From Felis catus (taxonomy: Eukaryota), in NCBI RefSeq assembly GCF_018350175.1, contig NC_058368.1, positions 114,392,001 through 114,456,000 on the forward strand: a stretch of 64,000 nt of DNA, given 5' to 3'. Both the position numbers and the translations under genes were made by a program. Positions 46,101-58,100 of this stretch are shown here, piece after piece. How positions within the stretch are numbered: position 1 is the stretch's first letter; the number at the start of each line of letters is the position of its first letter. The notes beneath the pieces were generated by a model that saw only the letters and a list, made by a program, of their open reading frames with translations, did not search any database and had not been told where the DNA came from.

Positions 46101-49100
46101 ACATATTTTCTTAACAAAGGATGGGAAATTTCTACAGTTTGGTAGTTTTCCAACTACATTCCCAGGTTTCTAAAGAGGTACTTCAAGGGATAAAAAGGTA
46201 GAGCTCTGAGCTCCTCTCTCCCATAAGAATCAAATCAGATCTATCATTGTTGGTCTTGAAAAGAGCAAGTGAGAGCTTTTAGGAATCTGTGGAAGATTTT
46301 ATTTGCAGAGAGGGTATAAAACCCATTTATCTTAAGTCAACTGGTAAATGGAAAAACAAAATATACATATCCAAACAATGGAGTACTGCTCAACATTCAA
46401 AAGAACTACTGAGGGGTGTCTGGGTGGTTTCTCTCTTCCTCTCTCTCTGCCCCTCCCAATTTATGCACGTGCTGAGCTCTCTCTCAAAATAAATAAATAA
46501 ACTTAAAAAAAAAACAAACTACTGAAACATGCTACAACACTGGTGAATCTCAGAAACAGCTAAGTGAAAGAAGCCAAACAAGACTAAAAACTGCAAGATA
46601 CCATTCACATGAAAATTTCTAGAAAAGGCAAAATATAGAGATAGAAGGCAAATCTGTGTCTGCTGGGGGATGCAAGAGGGACTGACTGCAAACAGACTCA
46701 AGGGAACTTCCAGGGGTGCCAGAGTGTTCTAAACTGGATTTATGGTTATGGTTACACAACTGTATAAATTTACAAAAACTCCTTGAAGTATAAACTTATA
46801 TAAATTATACCTTAATAAGCCTGGTTTTTTTTTCAATAAAGCTATTTTTAAAGTTTATTTATTTTTGAGAGAGCAAGGGAGAGGCAGAGAGCAAGGAGAG
46901 AGAAACCCAAGCAGGCTCCACGCTGTTAGCACAAAGCCCCAAATGGGGCTTGATGTCAAGAATCATAAGATAATGACCTTGAGCTGAGATCAAGAATCAG
47001 ATGCTTAACCGACTGAGCCACCTAGGAACCTCAGGAATAAATTATTTTTTTAAAAAGATGAATGAATAGATAGAGGGGATTAAGAGGTACACATTTCCAG
47101 TTATAAAATAAGTAAGTCACAGAATGCAAAGTACAGCATAGGGAATACAGTCAATAAATCTGTAATAACTTTGTATCATGACTAGCTTATCATGGTGAGC
47201 ATTCAATGATACACAGAATTGTAGAATCTCTATGTTATACACCCGGAACTAATATAACATTATACTTCAATAATAATTTTAAATCCCCACAAATCCTGTT
47301 TGTAATGTAGCTATGAAGAAGAATGTTTATAATAGTAAAAAAATAAATAGTCATAAGTGAGAGAGTAGGGAAAGGGAAGATTAGAACTATATACATCAGC
47401 ATAGTACATTTCTAGGCCAAAATACTGATCCTCACCCAGGAAGAAGGGTATAGCCCTACATATGCTCTAGCTTCTAAAGGAGTGAGAATGATAGAGATAT
47501 TAAGGAAGTCAGAATTGGCCAAGTTTTGAGCAAAGATCAAGTACATGAGATTTTTTAAATCTCATTTGGAGCAGCTAAAATATACTAATGATTACAAGTG
47601 TGCTGGGCAACTACATTGTTGTAAGTGCTTTGTAGGCATTAATTTATCTAATCTTCATGACAATTACATGAGAGAAGGATCCATTACTATTGCTTTGTGA
47701 ATGAGAAAACTATAGCAGAGACAGGTTAGGCCCAAAGTCACACAACTAGTTAGTAGCAGAACCAAGATTTAAACTCGGGTAGTCTGGTTCCAGAGTCCAA
47801 ACTTAACTATGCTATATTGTAGTATAAGCTGTTTCACATAGTACATAAAATGCTGCCTGTCAGACATTGGGACTCCAGAAAAGACAAAGAAGGAAACAAT
47901 TGACATCGAAACATCAAAGCAGATGCAAGGACTAAACCAACAGGAGATCCTTGCGACCATTCTATTCATAAGAGCGTTCATTTTCTCTCAGGTCCTCAGG
48001 TTTTTTTTTTCTCTCTACCCTTTTTTCTACTTTTACTTCCTCTGAATTGGCTATAATATGAAAGCTGAAGGATATTTTTTTTATCATAAACTAATATTCC
48101 TTATTTTTCATTCTTAAAGTAGGTGGGCTAAATTCAACAAACATTTATTGACCATATGTCAGGCACTGTGCTGGGCATTTAACACATATACTGAGGAAAA
48201 AAAAAACAACAACAGTTCATTAAGGAGTTCACCTCAAATGATTATTAAAAAAACAAGTAACTCTTGTAAATGCAAACTGGTGCAGGCACTCTGGAAAACA
48301 GTATGGAGTTTCCTCAAAAGGTTAAAAATAGAATTACCCTACAACCCAGCAATTGCACTACTAGGTATTTATCCAAGGGACACAGTGTGCTATTTCGAAG
48401 GGGCACATGTGCCCCAAAGTTAATAGCAGCACTATCAACAATAGCCAAAGTATGGAAAGAGTCCAAATGTCCATTGACAAATGAATGGATAAAGAAGATG
48501 TGGTATATAAATACAATGGAGTATTACTCGGCAGTCAAAAAGAATGAAATCTTGGCATTTGCAACAATGTGGATGGAACTAGAGGGTATTATGCTAAGCA
48601 AAATTAGTCAGAGAAAGATAAATATAAGACTTTACTCATATGTGGAATTTAAGTTACAAAACAGAGGATCACAAGAGAAAGGAAGCAAAAAGAATATGAA
48701 AACAGGGAGGGGACAAAGCATAAGAGACTTTTAAGTATAGAGAACAAACTGAGGGTTGCCGGAGGGGTTGTGGGGGGCAAGGGGTAGGCTAAATGGTAAG
48801 GGGCATTAAGGAAGACACTTGTTGGGAAGAGCACTGGATGTTACACATAGAGGATGAATCACTGGAATCTACTCCTGAAATCATTATAGCACTATATGTT
48901 AACTAACTTAGATGTAAACTTAAAAATTAAAAAATTAAAAAAATTAAATAAAAAATAATAAAAGCTACTATAAAATCAAAACAAACAAACAAGAAACTCC
49001 TAAATCATTGCTCTTCATATGTAAGTCTCTTTTGATTTTAACTGGCATTAAGTGTGGAGGTTTAAAAAAGGATTATTCATTCCTTCTCTCCCCCATCTCT

Positions 49101-52100
49101 ATTTCCTTTCTTCATGTATAGAGCACTGTTATCCAACTGGTTGCCCAGTCACCAATTCCTATTTGTTCTACTTCTTTTTTTTTTTTTTTCAACATTTATT
49201 TATTTTTGAGAGACAGAGACAGAGTATGAGTGGGGGAGGGGCAGAGAGAGAAGGAGACACAGAATCTGAAGCAGGATCCAGGCTCTGAGCTGTGAACACA
49301 GAGCCTGATGTGAGGCTTGAACTCACAAACCATGAGATTATCACCTGAGCCGAAGTCGGACACTTAACCAAATGAGCCACCCAGGTGCCCCCTATTTGTT
49401 CTACTTCTTAAATACCTTTTAAGTCCAACAGCCTCTCTCCATCCCTGCTGCCAATACTTCAGTGTAGGCTCTCATCATCCCTAGACTGGATTATTCCAAA
49501 AATCTGAAAATCTGAGAACATTCATCACTCTGGTTTACATTCCTTCAGAAAACTCCTACTGCCTTCATAATAAAATCCTAATGTTCAGCAAGGCATAAAA
49601 GCCTCTTCAAGATAGGGCCCCTTTTTGAACATTCCCACACCATGCTTCCAGATGCTGAGCTACTTCAGGCAGAATGCCTGTTTCATACTTTGGTGCTATA
49701 CAGGGAATGCCCTTCCGAAGTCAATCCTTTTACTCTCTTACTGAACTGTTTTACTTCTGCCCAGCCTTCAAGCACCACCATCTCAGGAAGACTTCCCTAA
49801 TAATCACAGGCTAGATTAGATACTTATGTACTCTCTTAGCATCTTAGGTTTACCTCAATCATAACACTCAACCCACTGCATTATAGTTATTTTTTTTTAC
49901 TAGTCTTCCTCGATGGCAATAAGGGTAGGTACTGCAAAAGAAAGCACAGGGTCTGGTACTCAGAAGATGCTCAAAAGATGAGGTACCTGATTGGCACAGT
50001 TGGTTAAGCATCCAACTCTTGATCTTGGTTCAGGTCATGATCTCAGGGTTTTTGAGTTTGACCCCTGCACTGGCTCTGTGCTGATGGTATGGAGCCTGCT
50101 TGGGATTCTGCCTCTCCTTCTCTTTGCCCCTCCCCAGCTTTTGCTCTCTCTCTCCCTCAAAATAAATAAACTTAAAAAAAAAAAAAAAAGATGTTCAAAA
50201 GATGTTTTCTGAATAAAATGGGATTATGCCCTCACCCTAATGGACTTTATATTTTCTTTATAATGTTCTGATAGTGAAAAGATCATTTATTCTTATTCTC
50301 ACCTATGTTCCAATAGAACCTATTATTACACTTTGGGGCGCCTGGGTGGCTCAGTCGGTTAAGCGTCTGACTTCGGCTCAGGTCATGATCTCACGGTTTG
50401 TGGGTTCGAGCCCCGCATCGGGCTCTGTGCTGACAGCTCAGAGTCCTGGAGCCTGTTTCAGATTCTGTGTCTCCCTCTCTCTCTGCCCCTCCCCGACTTG
50501 CACTCTGTTTCCCTCTGTCTCAAAAATAAACATTAAAAAAAAAATTAAAAAAAAAAAAGAACCTATTATATTCTTTTAAATGTTTATTTGTTTGGGTAGG
50601 GGGAGAGAGAGCCAGCACATGCATGAGCGGAGGAGGGGCATTCGAGAGAGGGAGGGAGAGAGAAGATCCCAAGCGGGTTCTGTACTGTCAGCACAGAGCC
50701 TCACATAGGGCTCAATCTCACAAACTGTGAGATCATGACCTGAGCTAAAATCCAGAGTCAGAAGCTCAAATGACTGAGCCCCCAGGCACCCCAGGACCTA
50801 TTACATTTTTTAATGTTTTATTTATTTTTGAGCAAGAAAGAGCACAAGCAGGGGAGGGGCAGAAAGAGAGGGAGACAGGGTATCCAAAGGGGGCTCTGCA
50901 CTGACAGCAGTGAGCCAGATGTGGAGCTTGAACTCATAAACCATGAAATCATGACCTGACCTGAAGTTGGATGCTCAACCAACCGAGCCACCCAAGCACC
51001 CTAGGTCCTATTATATTTTTTAACGCTTATTTCCCACACTGAACTACAACTTACTCAAGGGCTAATAATATTAAATTAATGGATAGAAATGCTATCAGTT
51101 TACTAACAACTTCCTGACCTAGAAAGATATGAATGTACGATCTCAACGCCAGGTCACCAAACACCCAGGAAGGGGGATTTCCCTTTCATTTCCAGGGAAC
51201 CTGGGCTTTCTGTCACAAACAACCAAGCTTACTTTTATCCAAATGTGGCCACTGATATGTTTATGTCAGTTGATGATAAGGTCACAATAAGTGTGGTGGA
51301 GTACATAGGGCATGGTTCTCAACCACGGATGATTCTCAACCACAGATGATTATGACCCCAAGAGTTGGCAATATCTGCAAACATTTTTGGTTGTCACTAT
51401 TGGGGGAAGAGGGTTATTGCCATCTAGTGGGTAGAGGCTAGCGATACTGCTAACACCCTCAATGTACAGGATGGCCCCCAACACACACAAAAAAATTATC
51501 AGCCCAAAATGTCAAAAGTACAAAGATTGAAATACCCCTATATGAAGAAAGAGGTTTTCTGACTTGTTTTCATAGGATTGGAAATTCCTTTTTTTTTTTT
51601 TTTTCAGTTTTACTTTAGAGAGAGAGAGAGAGAGCATGAGCAGGTGAGACGGTCAGAGGAGAGAGAGAACTTTAAGCAGGCTCCACACTCAGTGAGAGCC
51701 CAACGCAGGGCTCAGTCTTACAACTGTGAGATCATGACCTGAGCCAAAATCAAGAGTCAGATGCTTAACCGACTAAGCCACATAGATGCCCCTAGGATTG
51801 GAAATTCTTATAAGCTTTTTAGTAATATTAAGGTTAAAATATACACACTTTTGATCCAACCTTCACTGCTAGGAATGGATCACATGGATGATAGTTGAAT
51901 AAACATGAAAAAATAAATGTACACATACAAAGATGTTTCCTGAAACTATTTTTATATTAATAAATAGTGGCCACAACTTATACAATAGAAAATGGTTAAA
52001 TAAAAATAAAAATGGTACATCTATGAAATAAAATACTGAATAGCCATCAAAAATAATACAAATCTTCATGTACTAAATAAAAAAATGAGAAAGCTTACTG

Positions 52101-55100
52101 TTAATATTTTTATTTTATTTTATTTTATTTTTTTAATTTTTTAACGTTTATTTATTTTTGAGACAGAGAGAGACAGAGCATGAATGGGGGAGGGTCAGAG
52201 AGAGAGGGAGACACAGAATCCGAAGCAGGCTCCAGGCTCTGAGCCATTAGCCCAGAGCCCGATGCGGGGCTCGAACTCACAGACCGCAAGATCGTGACCT
52301 GAGTTGAAGTTGGACGCTTAACCGACTGAGCCACCCAGGCGCCCCGCTTTTTTTTGTTGTTGTTAATATTTTTAAAAAGGAAAAGTTACAGAGCAGTGTG
52401 TATAATGATACAGTTTTTGCAAGCAAGTTATACATACACATGCACCCACACACACATTTTTAGCATTCACATGTATTCACATAGAAAAACATTTTGGAGT
52501 CATGCTCACCAAATAATCTAGGGGGTGGGATTACACTGTGCTTTTACATTCTATAGTATATATTTTGTTATCTTTGACACTTTTAAATGTTTATTTATTT
52601 TTCAGAGAGAGAGAGTGCAAGCGGAGGAGGGGCAGAGAGAGAGGGAGATAGAGGATCCGAAGTGGGCTCTGTACTGACAGCAGAGTGCCCGATTTGGGGC
52701 TCAAACCCACAAACTGGAAGCTCATGACCTGAGCCATAGTCGGATGCTTGACCAACTGAGCTACCCAGGCACCCCTCTTTGACACTTTTAATTGTTATTT
52801 TTTACATCTGTATTACTTACAGTAAAAATAAATCTTAAAAGAAAAAAAGTAGTGACTCTTACCAATTACACAGCATGTTTCCACACGATATTTATCAATC
52901 TCACAGAGGTTGTGAGCCAGGTAACTCAACTCTGATTTCATGCTCTAGAAGAAAATGGAAAGACAATCTAAGCATGAGTTAAGGAACCCCCTAGCTAATG
53001 CAACTTGTGACAATCCAACCCAAGAGATTAAAGCACAAAAGAGCTTGATCAATTCTAAGCAAAGGAAGCAGCTCACCCTGACATAAAGAAGGTTGGAGAA
53101 TGTGTCCATATTTTCAATCCTGTATGGGTCTTGTTTCCTTAGTTCATTAAAAATAGAGAGGGCTTTGTCAATATCTGCAGGAAAAAAAGGTAAGAAAGTT
53201 TAGAAAACAACATAGTACTACATTCAGGATTTGATGGTATTTCATTGTCCTTATTCACTCACCTCTGATATTGTGATAGGCAACTGCAATTTGGGAAACA
53301 ATATATGAGCTCTTAGAGAAGCCCACATCAATGAGATTCTGATACTTTTGCAGGGCCTCCTCTATCAACTGCAACTCTGTGTATATATGAGCCAGAAAAA
53401 ACTCTTTCATCCAGGTGTCTGGCAAAGACAGGAACTTCAGCTGCCAGCAGGAGAGAGAGGGACACACTTAATATACTTTGACCTCTCTCTCAAATGAACA
53501 TCAAGGAACTGTCTTTTTGTCTAAAGAAATTTATCACCAAAACTTTAGGAGAGCACATAACAAACAGAGGGCAGTTCAATTAAGTGAACAGGACTTACAA
53601 GCACAATAGGGAGGAATGACCAAATTAAGGAAGACTTCAAAGAAAAGCCTAGTATTCCAGGTGAGTCTTAGAGGATAGGTAGAACTTGAAAAGAAAAAAA
53701 GAGAGAGGAAGAAGAAAAAAACACTCTAGGCAGGGCAACAACATCAATAGAGGCAAAACAATCCTGAGTGTGAGTGAATAGGATGAGGAAACTAGCTTAG
53801 TTTGAGAGGAGGCTATGTGTTCAAAAATAGTGAAAAAAATAAGACTGAACGGATAGGGCAGGTCCTATGGCAAAACAGGAAGTGGGATCCAATAGGAAAC
53901 CAATGAAATTTTTGGCAAGAGAACGACACAATGACATGGGTATTTTAAGAGTAAGTGTGAAAACAGTATGCACGATAGCATAGGAATGGGAGTGTACAAA
54001 TGGAAAAACTAGGTAGAAAAGTAACTATTACTTATAAGTAATCCAAATCTGAGATGAAAACCAAGATGGCAAAGAAAACCAAAAGAGATGCATGCAAGAA
54101 GGAGACCATGGCAATGTCTGGTGACTGACTAGATAAAAGGAGATAAGAGAAAGAGAAGAACAAATCTACTGATGAGGCATCAAGACTGGGTATCTTGAGA
54201 AATAGTGATGGTATCAAGGGAGTCTGTCAAGCTGGGAGGAAGAAAGAATTTGGTAGGCAAGATCAGAAACTTGGTTTTGCATATTTTGAGTTCAGAGAAA
54301 AAACAAACTTTTAATGAAAGTCTATTAGGCAGTTAGAGATAATAAATAGGAGTAAGTCAAGATAAGACTTCAGACCCAGATTTAGTAGCACGTATCATTA
54401 TTGGGGGAAGTCGACCAGCCTTCAGTTCTTTAGAGCCAACAAGAGCAAGTGTATTATCAATTCCGTTAACTACTGCAGAATGGCAAAATAAACCTATAGA
54501 CAATGTCCTATAATAACAATTAATAAAATGACTGCAGTTTATAAAGCAATTTCATATACTTTAATTCATTAAATAACAAATTTCTAAATCTCTACAAAGT
54601 CCTAGGATAGCTCAGCGGAGACCTTAAAAATGTTTTTAATACAATCCTTGATATCAGAGAAACCTTTCCTATGGCATCTTTGGAATGAGGAAAAAAAAGT
54701 ATAATAGCATTTAGTCTATAAAGCAAGTCACAGTAAAATGTGAATGTGAATGTGAATCATGAAATAATGAAAAGATATTCTAACATAACTAGACACATAT
54801 CCAACAGCAACCACCAAACAAGAGCCAGACATGAGTCTTTCAAACAAAGACCGAAATTCCAGCAATGAAAGAGACTAGAGAAGAAGCAAAGATGTAACTA
54901 CAAAGGTTTAGCAAACCTCTCTCTTCCCAGCCCATTACAGAATTACATTAAGACTTGGAGCAGAGGGTCTTTCACATAGCTCCTCTCAATTTACCATCTC
55001 TTTGTCCGTAATTAAATTACAGAGTTCTAGCCAGGCTCCCCAGTGCAAAGGCAAAACATGAGTAGCCTCCACAAACACATCAATAGCCTCTTTCACTAGG

Positions 55101-58100
55101 TCCAGTTTTCGAAGCACCACACCATATCTAGGAAAGAGACAATCACAGAAGTTAATGTTTCATAACACATCCCTTCCACTCTGGAGAAAATGTTATAGAA
55201 GGATCGAAATTACTCTACCACTTACAGATAAAGGCCAAATCCATCAAGTTCCCGAGCCTGGTGTTTTTTGCTAAGTTCCACTCTCAATTCTCTAAGTGCC
55301 TCATTTTTAACTTGTCCTTTCTCCAGGGGACCTAGGAAAGGAACCAAATCTCAGATCTAAGGAAAGACTGCCAATCTTCATTTCATGGACCTAGACATTC
55401 CCCTTGACATCAACCAAAGTTACACCTGGAACTTCCAGCAAATACTCAGAAGTGGCCAACAATACCTTACACAATCCACTTTATTCCAGAAATTACCACT
55501 GATAACTGGTCTACAGTCATATTTTGCTAGGCCCACAAAGGTTTTTAAAACTTTAAAATAATAATCAGTGTTTAAAAAGCAGAAGTCTCAACTAAAAAGC
55601 TGAATTTCCAGTTTCAGTTCCCAAAGAATGAGGTAGGGCCAAGGGAAGAAAGCCTTGACTACACTAGGCCCACATTTCCTCAAGGGAGCTGTCAGCAGGG
55701 CTGGGTAACAAGCAGGTTACAAGTTACCAAGCTGTGCTCCCCAATTTGCAACAGTCCTCCTAAGTCTACTTCACACCTTTATATTTTACCTGCCTGGTTC
55801 ATATAGGCATTTGATTACGCAACCCCTGCTTTCATCCAAAAGGTAAGACAAAGAGATCCATACCTAGACTATCAACTGTTTCATCATCCTTCTTCTTTTC
55901 TCCAGACTGTAAGAGAAAATCAACAAATTGGTCTTTTCTCACTTTATTTTCAAACTCATTCTAAAACTAGCAGTCTGGTGGCGCCTGGGTGGCTCAGTCA
56001 GTTAAGCAACTGACTTCGGCTCAGGTCAAGATCTTGCCGTTTGTGGGTTCAGGCCCCGCGTTGGGCTCTGTGCTGACAGCTCAGAGCCTGGAGCCTGCTT
56101 CAGATTCTGTGTCTCCCTCTCTCTCTGTTCTTCCCCTGCTCATTCTCTGTCTCTCTCTGTCTCTCAAAAATAAATAAAAACATTTAAAAAATTTAAAATA
56201 AAATAAATTAAAATAAAATAAAACAAAACAAAATAAAATAAAATAAAAATAAAACTAGGAGTCTGATTCTAGCTAAAGGGTCCAAGTCCAACCAAAATGT
56301 CAACTACTACTGGTCACTACTTTTAAACAATAATTCAGGGGCTCCCACTGTCCAAATCTGGAATAATTTGAGCACTGACATAATTTATAAGTACAGTAAT
56401 AAATTACAAACAATTACAAATATAAGAATCCTTGAATTCATACTGATGGTAAATAAATGGGGATGGTGAGGGAAAACCCTTGCATAGAGTAGAATGCCAA
56501 GTGGCTAGTGGCAAATGTGGAGAGAATACTGGAGTGGAAAATCATTATTTTGCAATATCATAGTAAAGAATACTTCAGGCAAGAATTAACAATGGATTTC
56601 TTGACTAATGAATATATATTAATGTTTATTTATTTTTGAGAGAGAGACAGAGTGCAAGCGGGAGAGGGGCAGAGAAAGACACAGACATAGAACCTGAAGC
56701 AGGCTCCAGGCTCTGTGCTATCAGCACAGAGCCAGACATGGGGCTCGAATCATGAATGGTGAGATCGTGACCTGAGCTGAAGTCTGATATCCAATTGACT
56801 GAGCCACCCAGGTGCCGCATGACTAATGAATATTTAGGTTATTGACATTTTATGGCTATTACAAAAAATACTTTAATAAATAGCCCTGTTCATATATCAT
56901 TGTGCACACATTGAACCCCGTGTTGGGCTTGCATTGGGATTCTCTCTCTCCTCTCTCTGCTCCTCTCCTGCTTATGCTCTCTCTCAAAATAAATTTTTAA
57001 AAATTAAAAAATTTAAGGGGTGCCTGGATGGCACAGTAGGTTGAGCATCCAGCTTTGGCTCAGGTCATGAACTGGCAGTGTGTGGGTTCGAGCCCTGCGT
57101 CGGGCTCTGGGCTGACAGCTCAAAGCCTGGAGCCTGCTTCCGATTCAGTGCTTCTCTCTTTCTCTGTTCCTCTTTCTCTCAAAAATAAATAAGATTTAAA
57201 ATTTAAAAAAAAATTTTTTTTTAATGTTTATTATTTTTGAAAGACAGAGACAGAATGCAAGCAGGGGAGGAGCAGAGAGAGAGGGAGACACAGAATTTGA
57301 AGCAGGCTCCAGGCTCCGAGCTGTCAGCAGAGAGCCTGACATGAGGCTCAAACCCAACAGGCCTCAAGATCATGACCTGAGCTGAAGTTGGCAGCTTAAC
57401 CAACTGAGCCACCCAGGTGCCCCAAAGTTTTTTAAAAATTAAAAAAAAAATTAATAAATAAAAAAATAAAAATAGGGAGCCTAGTGCCTATTTTATCAGT
57501 AATGAATATTATCAATTTTTTTAAGGATTTTATTTTTTTAAGTAATCTCTACACCCAATGTGGGTGGGGCTCGAACTCACAACCCTGAGATCAAGAGTCA
57601 CATGCTCCACCAACTGAGCCAGCCATGGACTCCTATCAATATTTTTAATATTTTCCGGGCGCCTGGGTGGCTCAGTCGGTTGAACATCCGACTCCGGCTC
57701 AGGTCATGATCTGGCGGTTTGTGAGTTTGAGCCGCACATCGGGCTCTATGCTGACAGCTTCGAGCCTAGAGCCCGCTTCAGATTCTGTGTCTCCGTCTCT
57801 CTCTGCTCCTCCCCCCCCCCACTTGTGCTGTCTCTCTATCAAAAATAAATAAAATGTAATAAAAAATATTTTTAATATTTTCTTCTATATTGCCACTTTT
57901 TAACTTTATGACATCCTCTTTATTACTGTTAAGTATTTATAAAGTATATTTAGCAAGTAGACTACTGCTCAACTATTTAAACGATTAAACTTTTCCCCCT
58001 TTGTTCTACATATGGATGCCTCATGGAAGGCAGATGACATCTTAAAATGGCCCTCACCAGATATCTAGAATACATGTATAGAAAATAGGCTTTTTTGCTA

